DNA of 64,000 nt from Ruminococcus sp. (GTDB lineage Bacteria; Bacillota; Clostridia; Lachnospirales; Lachnospiraceae): positions 1,584-65,583 of the forward strand of contig JARHYE010000091.1 in NCBI GenBank assembly GCA_029258605.1, read 5' to 3'. Shown one piece after another: positions 47,734 to 56,834 of the stretch. The number at the start of each line of letters is the position of its first letter. Within the stretch, counting starts at the first letter, position 1. The notes beneath the pieces were generated by a model. That model had not been told where the DNA came from. It did not search any database and saw only the letters and a list, made by a program, of their open reading frames with translations. The position numbers and the translations under genes are program-made.

Positions 47734-48813
47734 ATGAAAAAAATTCTTATAGAAGGAATGACTCGGAATCTAGGAGGAGTTGAAACCTTTGTACACCTTT
47801 TGTATTCCGTCTTACGACAGGAATGGCAGGTTGACTTTATAACCGTAGATGATTCCATACCATTTGAAGACGAATTTCTGCAAAATGGTTGTAAAATATA
47901 TCACATTACCCCACGATACAAAAATGCAAAACAATTTTGTAGAGATATCGATCAGGTATTTGAAAAGGAGCACTATGATGTGTTTTGGTTTAATAAAACG
48001 ACTCTTAGCTCCATACATACATTAAAAGCTGCTAAAAAAAGCGGGGTAAAAAGGATTATATGTCACAGTCATCAGTCTAAAAATATGGGGAGTTTCTTTA
48101 CATTATGCATGCACAAAATCAACAGGAAACGAGTTGCAAAATATATTAATGGGCGTGCGGCTTGTTCAGAAGTTGCGGCAGAATGGTTTTTTGGATCTCA
48201 TCCAAAGGGAGTTAAAATTTTCCCGAATGCAGTCGATATTTCGAAATATGAGCCGGATGAAAAGAAGATGCATGATATGAAGAAACAACTAGGAGTGGAA
48301 GATAAATTCGTAATCGCTAATGTTGCCAGATTTGCACCAGAAAAAAATCATAAGTTTCTAATTTCCATTTTTGATACATTATCAAAAAAAGAAAATGCAC
48401 ATCTTATATTATGTGGAAATGGAGAATTAAAGTCTGGAATTGAGCAATTGGTGGAGGAAAAAGGTCTTTCGGAGCAAGTTTCTTTCTTAGGTATGCGTCG
48501 GGATATACCAGATATTTTACAAGCTGTTGACGTCATGGTAATGCCGTCCCTATTTGAAGGACTTCCGTTTGTCTTGGTAGAAGCACAGGCAGCAGGCGTT
48601 CCATGTGTAGTATCGGACACGGTAAGTGAAGAAGCTAAACTTACAGACATATTAGAATATATGAGTCTTGAATCAAGTGAAGAACAGTGGGCAGATAAAA
48701 TTCTTTCCTACAAATCATATGTGAAAGTAAGCAAAAGAGCACCATTAGAGTCTAGAGGCTTCTCAAAAGAAAAATTCAAGGAAGAAGTAATTAATTATTT
48801 GGAAATACAATAA
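47734..48813 (+). CDS. GT-B fold (family 4/1) glycosyltransferase
   Basis: C-terminal EGLPFVLVEAQAAGVPCVVSD (E-x7-E motif). RFAPEKN. Confidence 0.85.
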   Translation: MKKILIEGMTRNLGGVETFVHLLYSVLRQEWQVDFITVDDSIPFEDEFLQNGCKIYHITPRYKNAKQFCRDIDQVFEKEHYDVFWFNKTTLSSIHTLKAAKKSGVKRIICHSHQSKNMGSFFTLCMHKINRKRVAKYINGRAACSEVAAEWFFGSHPKGVKIFPNAVDISKYEPDEKKMHDMKKQLGVEDKFVIANVARFAPEKNHKFLISIFDTLSKKENAHLILCGNGELKSGIEQLVEEKGLSEQVSFLGMRRDIPDILQAVDVMVMPSLFEGLPFVLVEAQAAGVPCVVSDTVSEEAKLTDILEYMSLESSEEQWADKILSYKSYVKVSKRAPLESRGFSKEKFKEEVINYLEIQ

Positions 48814-48860
48814 AAATATATTTATGAAAGGGTCAGATTGTCTGAAAAAATATTAGTAAT

Positions 48861-50372
48861 ATGAACAACTCATTTAACAGAAAATACGGAGCAGCTTTAA
48901 GTATGATCAACATGGCGGTATCTTTAATCATTGGTTTTATTTATACCCCATTGGTTTTAAGGTTTTTAGGAAAAAGTGAGTATGGAATTTATACGTTGGC
49001 AAACAGCCTTATTTCTTATCTTGCGATTCTTGATCTTGGATTTGGAAATACACTTGTAAGATATACAGCAAGAGCGAGAGCAGAAGGAAAAGAAGAAAAA
49101 AATATTTATGGGTTATTTTTGATTTTTTACACGTTAATTTCTGCGGTTGCATTGATCATCGGAAGTGTTATCTATTTTAAACTGGGTGCATTTTTCAAAA
49201 CGTCTTTTTCAGGAGAAGAAATCACCATATTAAGATCCGTTTTCGTTGTTTTATTGATCAATACAATTATAGCCTTTCCGACTAGTGTATTTTCTGCTAT
49301 TATACGATCTTATGAAAAATTTGTTTTTATAAATACTTTAAATTTATTGCAGAATGTATTTCGTCATGTAGTTACTCTAATTGTTTTGTTTTTTGGATGT
49401 AAATCATTATCAATTGCAGTGATTGCTCTGCTATCTACAATTATAATGGCAGTTATCAATATTTATTTCTGCTTTAAAAAATTAAAAATTAAAATTGGAT
49501 TTAAAAGATTCGAAAAAGAATTTTATACAGAAGTATTTATGTTTTCTTTCTTTATTTTGATCAATATCATTGTAGATCAATTGTATGCAAATACAGATAA
49601 TATCATCTTAGGAAAGGTATGTGGAAGTGCAGCTGTTGCAATCTATGGAATAGGGGTTACTTTCCAAACTTATTTTGTGCAATTTTCTACTGCAATTTCA
49701 GGAGTGTTTTTACCACATATAACAAAACTATCTGTTTTAAAATCTGGAAAAGCACAGATGTCTGATCTGTTTATACGAGTTGGACGAATCCAATTTCAAG
49801 TGCTATCATTTATTCTGACAGGTTTTCTTGTATTTGGAAGACAATTTATTAGACTTTGGGCTGGACAAGGGTTTCACGACGCATATTATATTGCATTATT
49901 TGTGATGGTTCCAGCGTTAATTCCATTGTCTCAGAATATTGGAATATCTGTATTGCAAGCTTTAAATAAACATTCTGTACGTTCCATTATGTATTTTGTA
50001 ATTGCAATTTTAAATGTACTAATTAGTATACCTCTTGCAATGAAATATGGAGGAGTCGGGGCCGCAATGGGAACTGCGGTTGGAAATGTACTAGGACAGA
50101 TTCTTTTTATGAATTGGTTTTACTTTAAAAAAATTGGATTAGATATTCCGAAGTATTGGCGTCAAATTATTATGATTTCAATAAAGACAATTCCAATCGC
50201 TTTGATTTTTATGATTGTCAATTTTGTAGTGCCACTCCAAGGTTGGAATGGACTACTATTGAAAGGCATTTTAGGAGTCGCAATTTCCACACCATATTAT
50301 TATTTTGTGGTATTTAATGAATATGAGAAATCCTTAGTAGGAAATACAATTGGGAAAGTAGTGCGAAGATAA
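48861..50372 (+). CDS. Wzx-type oligosaccharide flippase (MOP/polysaccharide biosynthesis protein family)
   Basis: 503 aa with about 14 TM helices. The N-terminal pattern (YGAALSMINMAVSLIIGFIYTPLVLRFLGKSEYGIY) is typical of Wzx-like flippases. Confidence 0.8.
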   Translation: MNNSFNRKYGAALSMINMAVSLIIGFIYTPLVLRFLGKSEYGIYTLANSLISYLAILDLGFGNTLVRYTARARAEGKEEKNIYGLFLIFYTLISAVALIIGSVIYFKLGAFFKTSFSGEEITILRSVFVVLLINTIIAFPTSVFSAIIRSYEKFVFINTLNLLQNVFRHVVTLIVLFFGCKSLSIAVIALLSTIIMAVINIYFCFKKLKIKIGFKRFEKEFYTEVFMFSFFILINIIVDQLYANTDNIILGKVCGSAAVAIYGIGVTFQTYFVQFSTAISGVFLPHITKLSVLKSGKAQMSDLFIRVGRIQFQVLSFILTGFLVFGRQFIRLWAGQGFHDAYYIALFVMVPALIPLSQNIGISVLQALNKHSVRSIMYFVIAILNVLISIPLAMKYGGVGAAMGTAVGNVLGQILFMNWFYFKKIGLDIPKYWRQIIMISIKTIPIALIFMIVNFVVPLQGWNGLLLKGILGVAISTPYYYFVVFNEYEKSLVGNTIGKVVRR

Positions 50373-50382
50373 GAGGCAATTT

Positions 50383-51507
50383 ATGGTAAAAAGAATTATA
50401 AAAAAACTGGTGAAATTTATACCGATGTCAAATAGTATTATATTTGAATCAAATCCAGATTTTAGCGATAATACATTTTGGCTTTACAAGTATTTGGTGG
50501 AAAACGAGCAAATACAAAAAAAATATAAATTAGTTTGGTTTGTTACAAAGGAATACAGTCCAAAGGTGACAGAGTTATGTGGCGCAAAAATCAAGTGTAT
50601 AAATGTATACAGTCACAATAAATTTGAAGTGCTTCAACGAATCTACTATAACTACACTTCAAAATTAATTATTGATTGTAATAGATATATTCATAAAACA
50701 AGAGAAGATCAAGTTAGAATCCACTTAACACATGGGATGCCAATTAAAGATTGCGCATCATATTTTAAACAAATTGGAGAATGCGACTTATTGTCAGTTG
50801 CAGGAGATGGATTTATTTCTATGTTTGATCAATTTGTAAATCGAGAATGCATCCAGTCTATGGGACTTCCTCGAAATGAAGTTTTATTTCAAAAACAGTC
50901 TGCGCCTTCTAAGCAAAAATTTATTGTCTGGTTGCCAACATATAGACAGCACAAGAATAAGAAAGAGAATCCTCAAAATATCTTTCCAATGGGGGTGCCT
51001 GTAATAAAAACACGGGAACAATTGGAACAGTTGGATCAATTTTTGGAAAGAAAAAATATAAAACTTTTACTGAGAATGCATCCGGCCCAAGATACCTCTG
51101 TTTTAAAAATTGGAGAAATGAAAAATATATTATTGGCAGATGATGCGTTTTTAGAGAAACATAACATCACGCTATATGAAATTTTATCTGATTCCAATGC
51201 CTTAATTACCGATTATTCATCTGTATATTATGACTATCTTTTGGCGGACAAGCCAATTGGACTTATGATGGAAGATATGGAAATTTATGCAAAAGAGAAT
51301 GGATTATTATTTGACAATGTCAGAGAAGAGTTTCCAGGTGTGCAAATTACAAACATAAATGAGTTTGAAGTATTTATTGATGAAGTTTATGAGGAAAAAG
51401 ATAGTAAAAGAGAAGAAAGAATTCAGTTTATGAATCGATTTGGAATGAAAGAATATCCGTCAGGAAAACGAATCTCAGAGTTCATTCAGCGAAAATTAAG
51501 TGAATAA
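50383..51507 (+). CDS. CDP-glycerol glycerophosphotransferase (TagB/TagF) family protein, copy 2
   Basis: WLPTYRQH, LLRMHP, LITDYSSVYYDYLLADKPIGL (the TDYSS motif of Glyphos_transf). Confidence 0.75.
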   Translation: MVKRIIKKLVKFIPMSNSIIFESNPDFSDNTFWLYKYLVENEQIQKKYKLVWFVTKEYSPKVTELCGAKIKCINVYSHNKFEVLQRIYYNYTSKLIIDCNRYIHKTREDQVRIHLTHGMPIKDCASYFKQIGECDLLSVAGDGFISMFDQFVNRECIQSMGLPRNEVLFQKQSAPSKQKFIVWLPTYRQHKNKKENPQNIFPMGVPVIKTREQLEQLDQFLERKNIKLLLRMHPAQDTSVLKIGEMKNILLADDAFLEKHNITLYEILSDSNALITDYSSVYYDYLLADKPIGLMMEDMEIYAKENGLLFDNVREEFPGVQITNINEFEVFIDEVYEEKDSKREERIQFMNRFGMKEYPSGKRISEFIQRKLSE

Positions 51508-51524
51508 GCATAAGGAGGAAGAGT

Positions 51525-51917
51525 ATGAAAAGAGTAATCACGTATGGAACATTTGATTTATTACATTATGGGCATATTAATCTACTTCGTAGAGCAAAGG
51601 CGCTAGGGGATTATCTTGTTGTTGTATTATCTTCGGATGAATTTAATTGGAAGGAAAAGCAGAAAAAATGCTACTTTACCTATGAGGAAAGAAAAACTCT
51701 TTTGGAGGCAATAAGATATGTGGATCTCGTTATTCCAGAAACATCCTGGGAACAAAAAAGAACCGATATGCATGAGTATCATATTGACACATTTGTTATG
51801 GGGGATGACTGGAAAGGGAAATTTGATTTCCTAAAAGAGGAAGGAGTAGAAGTGGTCTATCTTCCAAGGACTCCAGAAATTAGTACTACTCAGATAAAAA
51901 AAGATTTAAACAAATAA
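51525..51917 (+). CDS. tagD: glycerol-3-phosphate cytidylyltransferase (makes CDP-glycerol)
   Basis: 130 aa. TYGTFDLLHYGHINLLRRAK (HxGH), RTPEISTTQIK (RTxGISTT-like). Confidence 0.93.
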   Translation: MKRVITYGTFDLLHYGHINLLRRAKALGDYLVVVLSSDEFNWKEKQKKCYFTYEERKTLLEAIRYVDLVIPETSWEQKRTDMHEYHIDTFVMGDDWKGKFDFLKEEGVEVVYLPRTPEISTTQIKKDLNK

Positions 51918-52006
51918 AAAGATTTTCCGTAAGTTTTTTATTCTTCGATTGTTTTATTAATGAAGGAATATTGTTTCACTGTTTCGAAAACGATTGGAGA
52001 AAGAAC

Positions 52007-52363
52007 ATGTATGAACCAAACGAAGCATGTAGGGAAATGATAGAAAAAATCATCGGAGTATGCAAGCAAAGGCATATCACTCCACATGCATTGGCAAAGA
52101 AGGCAGGTCTATCTACATCTACCATAAGCTATCTATTAAGTGAAAAAACAAAACCACAGGTGTACACGATTTTACAAATATGCAAGGTACTTGATATTTC
52201 AATCTGTGATTTGTTTGATCAAGAGATACAGACACAGGAGAAAAATTTATCTCTTGAAGAAGAAAAATTAGTTTGCAATTTTCGCGAACTATCAGAGAAA
52301 AAGAAAATTTTGCTGAAAGTCTATATGAAAATGCTTTTAGCAGTGGAAGATGAATTATTTTAA
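52007..52363 (+). CDS. XRE-family helix-turn-helix transcriptional regulator
   Basis: Start at ATG 52007 after GGAGAAAG. HTH segment ITPHALAKKAGLSTSTISYLLSEKTKPQVYTILQICKVL. Confidence 0.75.
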   Translation: MYEPNEACREMIEKIIGVCKQRHITPHALAKKAGLSTSTISYLLSEKTKPQVYTILQICKVLDISICDLFDQEIQTQEKNLSLEEEKLVCNFRELSEKKKILLKVYMKMLLAVEDELF

Positions 52364-52380
52364 ATAAAACATAGTCAATG

Positions 52381-52417
52381 AAGGATCTAAGTATAATACT
52401 TGGATCCTTTTGATTTT
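52381..52417 (+). terminator. intrinsic terminator after the XRE gene
   Basis: AAGGATCTAAGTA (52381-52393), TAA loop, TACTTGGATCCTT (52397-52409), one G-U, then TTTTGATTTT. Confidence 0.7.
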
Positions 52418-52452
52418 GGGCAGATACAAATGTTAGAAATGTGTGAAATCGA

Positions 52453-52481
52453 TTGTCCTTTCTTACGGGGAATGGTATAAT
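52453..52481 (+). promoter_or_regulatory. candidate sigma-A promoter with extended -10, for the 553-aa membrane protein gene
   Basis: TTGTCC (52453-52458), 17-bp spacer, TGG-TATAAT (52473-52481). Confidence 0.5.
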
Positions 52482-52549
52482 TATCAAATCTTATAATAGA
52501 AAATATAAGGTTGATTTAAAAGATCAATTAAGTAAAGGTAGGAAAAATT

Positions 52550-54211
52550 ATGAAAAAAGTGAAAATGAAGTTATTGGCAGTTGTGGCGATTCTTCTTTTG
52601 GCAGCAGGGTATTATTATGTTGCATTGCCGGCAATCAATATCCATTCTACAGATTTTTGGATATTTCTCATTATTCTGATTGCCATTCTTGCATTGGTAT
52701 ATGTCAGAAGAAAGAGATTGAACCGCTACGAAATAAAAGAGTCTAAAGGATTAAAGGCAATTTTGTCACTCCTTGCAGTAGTAGTTGTTGTATATATTAT
52801 TGGATCGATCCTTTCTTCACCAATTGTAAATGCGAAAAAGTATCAGAGACTTTTGAAAGTAGAAGAAGGAGAATTTACAAAGGATATCGAGGAGCTTTCC
52901 TTTGATCAGATCCCATTATTAGATCGTGATTCTGCAACAATTTTAGGGAATCGAAAGATGGGAAGTATGGTTGATATGGTGTCTCAGTTTGAAGTAGATA
53001 ACTTATATAGCCAAATTAACTTTAATAATCGACCGGTTCGAGTATCTCCACTTCGTTATGCAAACTTGATTAAATGGGTTACGAACATGCGTAGTGGTAT
53101 TCCGGCTTATATAAAGATAGATATGGCCACTCAGAATACAGAACTTGTAAAATTAGATAAGGGAATGAAATATACAACAAGTGATCATTTCAATAGAAAC
53201 ATATATCGGCACTTGAGATTCAATTATCCAACTTACATTTTTGATGATATCAGCTTCGAGATTGATGAAAACAACGTACCATACTGGATTTGTCCAGTGA
53301 AGAAATTCAATATTGGTCTGTTTGGTGGTCAGACGGTAGGACGTGTAGTTTTATGTAATGCTATTACAGGTGAAACAAAAGACTACAAAGTAGAAGATGT
53401 ACCAGAATGGGTGGACCGTGTATATTCAGCAGATCTCCTTGTAGAATTATATAATTATTATGGTAGTTTAAAACACGGATTTTTAAATAGTATTCTGGGA
53501 CAAAAAGATTGTCTAAAATCAACTACCGGTTATAATTTCCTTGCCATTGACGATGATGTGTGGCTTTACACAGGTGTAACATCTGTAACAGGAGACCAGT
53601 CTAACATCGGATTTGTTCTTATGAATCAGCGTACAATGGAAACAAAATTCTATAAGATTGAAGGAGCTACAGAAGATTCTGCAATGTCTTCTGCGGAAGG
53701 TCAGGTACAGAACTTGAAATATCATGCAACCTTCCCTCTTCTTCTTAATATCTCAGGAGAGCCAACCTATTTTATTGCATTAAAAGACGATGCAGGCCTT
53801 GTAAAAAAATATGCTATGGTCAATGTTCAAAAATACCAGATTGTAGCTATTGGAAATTCCGTAAGTGAATGTGAAGAAGCCTATTCAAAATTGTTGTATC
53901 AAAATGGGATCAAAGCAGAAGAGGAAGATACAAGGGAAATTGAAAAAGTAACTGCAAAGATTGCAAAAATTGCGCAAGGTGTTATTGACGGAAACTCTCA
54001 TTACTACATCATGTTGGAAGGAAGAGAGGATATTTTTGATGTATCTGTGGTAGATTATATTGATATTATTCGATACAATGTAGGGGATGAAATTACGATA
54101 GAATTTAAAGCAGGGGATGAAAGCAATATTGTTCTTTCTTTAAATGGAAATGAGATTAAAACAGCGAAAGAAGAAATTAAAAACGAGGAAGAGATTCCTT
54201 TAGAAGAGTAA
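52550..54211 (+). CDS. membrane protein with 3 N-terminal TM helices and a large extracytoplasmic domain, unknown family
   Basis: 553 aa with GGTAGGAAAAA RBS. TM helices LLAVVAILLLAAGYYYVALPAI, FWIFLIILIAILALVYV and AILSLLAVVVVVYIIGSILS. About 450-aa soluble part and an acidic C-terminus. No catalytic motif recognised. Confidence 0.65.
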   Translation: MKKVKMKLLAVVAILLLAAGYYYVALPAINIHSTDFWIFLIILIAILALVYVRRKRLNRYEIKESKGLKAILSLLAVVVVVYIIGSILSSPIVNAKKYQRLLKVEEGEFTKDIEELSFDQIPLLDRDSATILGNRKMGSMVDMVSQFEVDNLYSQINFNNRPVRVSPLRYANLIKWVTNMRSGIPAYIKIDMATQNTELVKLDKGMKYTTSDHFNRNIYRHLRFNYPTYIFDDISFEIDENNVPYWICPVKKFNIGLFGGQTVGRVVLCNAITGETKDYKVEDVPEWVDRVYSADLLVELYNYYGSLKHGFLNSILGQKDCLKSTTGYNFLAIDDDVWLYTGVTSVTGDQSNIGFVLMNQRTMETKFYKIEGATEDSAMSSAEGQVQNLKYHATFPLLLNISGEPTYFIALKDDAGLVKKYAMVNVQKYQIVAIGNSVSECEEAYSKLLYQNGIKAEEEDTREIEKVTAKIAKIAQGVIDGNSHYYIMLEGREDIFDVSVVDYIDIIRYNVGDEITIEFKAGDESNIVLSLNGNEIKTAKEEIKNEEEIPLEE

Positions 54212-54238
54212 GAGTAGGAAAGGAGGCAGAGTGATTTC

Positions 54239-54841
54239 ATGCGACAAACCACAAAACATGTAATAGCAGAAACACTGGGAGAACTATTGGATGAACATAC
54301 ACTTGATGAGATTACTGTAAAAAAGATCGTGGAGAAATGTGAAATTAACAGACAAACATTTTACTATCACTTTTATGATATTTATGATCTTTTGGAATGG
54401 TATCTCGGAGAAAGTATCGAATCTTACCTTAATAGCAAACCACTGCCTCCAAATGACTGGAAAGAACAAGAACGTCATATTTTTCGATTTTTTTATGAAA
54501 ATAGACGAAGAGTTCTTCATGCTTATGACCAGTCACATAGGAAGTTATACGAACAGTTTATATCTAAAATGGTGACTCCCATTGTGGAAAGACACATCCA
54601 TGCAAAAGAAGAGATCAAAAACGTTCCAGAAGAGAAAAGAAAATTTTTGGTCAAAGTGTATGTGTGGATGAGCATGTCTCTTTTCTTTGAATGGCTGGAA
54701 GAAGGAATGCCAGATGAAAAGGTTGCAAATCTCGAAGATTATTTTATATTATCAGAAGCAAGTATTGGTGCTGCATTAAAAGCTTTTGAGTGTGATGAAA
54801 TATTAGGAAATGACAGAATCCAAAATAAAAAATCGGAATAG
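54239..54841 (+). CDS. TetR/AcrR-family transcriptional regulator (DhaS-like subgroup)
   Basis: N-terminal HTH ITVKKIVEKCEINRQTFYYHFYDIYDLLEW. Confidence 0.8.
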   Translation: MRQTTKHVIAETLGELLDEHTLDEITVKKIVEKCEINRQTFYYHFYDIYDLLEWYLGESIESYLNSKPLPPNDWKEQERHIFRFFYENRRRVLHAYDQSHRKLYEQFISKMVTPIVERHIHAKEEIKNVPEEKRKFLVKVYVWMSMSLFFEWLEEGMPDEKVANLEDYFILSEASIGAALKAFECDEILGNDRIQNKKSE

Positions 54842-54850
54842 GAGAACAGG

Positions 54851-55399
54851 GTGAAAAAATTAATTTTATCAATTTTGACTTTCGTGACAGTGGTTTCACT
54901 TATTGCTTGTGGAAATAAAAAAGATTCGCAACAATATAAATCAGCAGTAGATGTTTTAAAAAAGGTAGTAGCGACAGGAGAAGAACTTCAATTCCCGTAC
55001 ATGGGTGGAGATTTTGAAAATGCCAAAGAGGACGAACCTGGTTCGTTTGATATTGAGAAGAAAGAAGAACTGTCAAACCTGGGACTACCAGAAAGTGAAC
55101 AAAATCATTTAGAAGAAGCTGCAAGCATGATGCATATGATGAATGCAAATATTTTTACCGGTGCAGTATACAAAATCAAAGAGGATGTGGATGCAGATGA
55201 CTTTATAGAGCACGTAAAAAAAGAGTTGTCAGGACGTCAATGGCTTTGTGGAGCACCAGAAAAAATGTTAATTATGAAAGTTTCAGATGAATATGTTTTG
55301 ACGGCATATGGCGAAGGCAAATTATTAGAGGATTTTAAAAAGAAAGCGGTAGAGGCTCTTGATGGAGCAAAAGTGAGTGTAGAAGCACCAGTTGAATAA
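54851..55399 (+). CDS. lipoprotein of unknown function (possibly DUF4358-like)
   Basis: GTG start 9 nt after the TetR stop. Lipobox LIAC. 160-aa mature domain. The DUF4358 assignment is from memory of similar Clostridia operons and is not verified. Confidence 0.6.
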   Translation: MKKLILSILTFVTVVSLIACGNKKDSQQYKSAVDVLKKVVATGEELQFPYMGGDFENAKEDEPGSFDIEKKEELSNLGLPESEQNHLEEAASMMHMMNANIFTGAVYKIKEDVDADDFIEHVKKELSGRQWLCGAPEKMLIMKVSDEYVLTAYGEGKLLEDFKKKAVEALDGAKVSVEAPVE

Positions 55400-55426
55400 G
55401 AAAAAAGAAGCAGGTAAAGGAACTAT

Positions 55427-56824
55427 ATGATATTTTCAAGCATACTATTTCTATATTATTTTTTACCAATCATACTTCTGGTATATTTTATAACCCCAAA
55501 AAAGAGAAGGAATGCGATACTTTTTGTTAGCAGCCTTCTCTTTTATGCGTGGGGAGAACCAAAGTATGTTTTGTTGATGTTACTATCTATTTTACAGGGA
55601 TATCTTTGTGCACGAATGATTGAAAAACATAGAGGAACAAAAATTGCAAAACGTGCAATGCTTTTGTCTGTTTTTTTTAGTGGTGGATCGTTGTTATATT
55701 TTAAATATGCTGATTTTTTTATTGAAAATTTTCGATCCATTACGGGTATACATGTTTCTCTGTTAAAGATTGCACTTCCGATAGGAATTAGTTTTTATAC
55801 ATTTCAGTTAATTAGTTATGTAGTTGACGTTTATAGGGGAGCCCATGCACAAACCAATTTTTTAAACTTAGGGGCGTATATTGCAATGTTCCCTCAGCTT
55901 ATAGCAGGTCCTATTATTCGATATGAAGATATTGAACGACAACTTACGGAACGGTCTTATAGCTTTGAACAGGCGGCAGAAGGAATCTGTCGTTTTTTGA
56001 TCGGACTTGCAAAAAAAGTTCTTTTAGCAAATCAATTTGGGGAATTGATTGCTATTTTTAGAGATTCTTTAGATTTATCAGTTGTATATTATTGGATGTA
56101 TATTTTGGCATTTTCCCTTCAGATATATTTTGATTTTTCAGGTTACAGTGATATGGCAATTGGTCTTGGGAAATTGTTTGGTTTTGAGTTTACAGAAAAT
56201 TTTAATTATCCGTATATTTCCAAAAGTATTACAGAATTTTGGCGCCGATGGCACATTTCACTTGGCACATGGTTTCGAGATTATGTCTATATCCCTCTTG
56301 GTGGAAATAAAGTGGATTTGGGAAGACATATACGAAATATAGCGATTGTATGGCTGCTTACAGGTTTTTGGCATGGGGCATCTTGGAATTTTGTATTATG
56401 GGGATTGTATTTTGCAATTCTTTTAATATTAGAAAAGTATGTTTTTGGAAAGTGTTTGGAAAAATACTCTGTACTGTCTCATATATACGTGATCTTGGCT
56501 GTACTAGTCAGTTTTCTTATTTTTAATGCAGATCAGATGAATGTGTTAGTTGCGGATATAAAAGGAATTTTAGGGATTGGATCTCTTCCTCTTATATCTG
56601 CAGAAGCGATTTATTATTTGAAAAGCAATGGTTTACTCTTTGTTACGGGAATCGTTGGAACCACTCCGTTTATGCGCAAACTTATGGAAAAAATCAGAAT
56701 GGAAAAGAACATAAAGAGGATTGTAAATGTTATAGAAATCATACTAATGATTGCTACGCTTATCATCGTAACTGCCTATCTTGTGGATGGATCCTTTAAT
56801 CCATTTTTATATTTTAGATTTTAG
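55427..56824 (+). CDS. MBOAT-family membrane O-acyltransferase (AlgI/DltB/PatA-like)
   Basis: 465 aa with more than 10 TM helices. FWRRWHISLGTWFRDYVYIPLGGN and TGFWHGASWNF carry the conserved MBOAT His residues. Confidence 0.9.
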   Translation: MIFSSILFLYYFLPIILLVYFITPKKRRNAILFVSSLLFYAWGEPKYVLLMLLSILQGYLCARMIEKHRGTKIAKRAMLLSVFFSGGSLLYFKYADFFIENFRSITGIHVSLLKIALPIGISFYTFQLISYVVDVYRGAHAQTNFLNLGAYIAMFPQLIAGPIIRYEDIERQLTERSYSFEQAAEGICRFLIGLAKKVLLANQFGELIAIFRDSLDLSVVYYWMYILAFSLQIYFDFSGYSDMAIGLGKLFGFEFTENFNYPYISKSITEFWRRWHISLGTWFRDYVYIPLGGNKVDLGRHIRNIAIVWLLTGFWHGASWNFVLWGLYFAILLILEKYVFGKCLEKYSVLSHIYVILAVLVSFLIFNADQMNVLVADIKGILGIGSLPLISAEAIYYLKSNGLLFVTGIVGTTPFMRKLMEKIRMEKNIKRIVNVIEIILMIATLIIVTAYLVDGSFNPFLYFRF

Positions 56825-56834
56825 AAGGAGGGGG

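Noticed and set aside
52453-52746. 97-aa + strand ORF overlapping the start of the 553-aa membrane protein gene
   Set aside because: It starts inside the promoter region without an RBS and is out of frame with the much longer RBS-preceded ORF at 52550.
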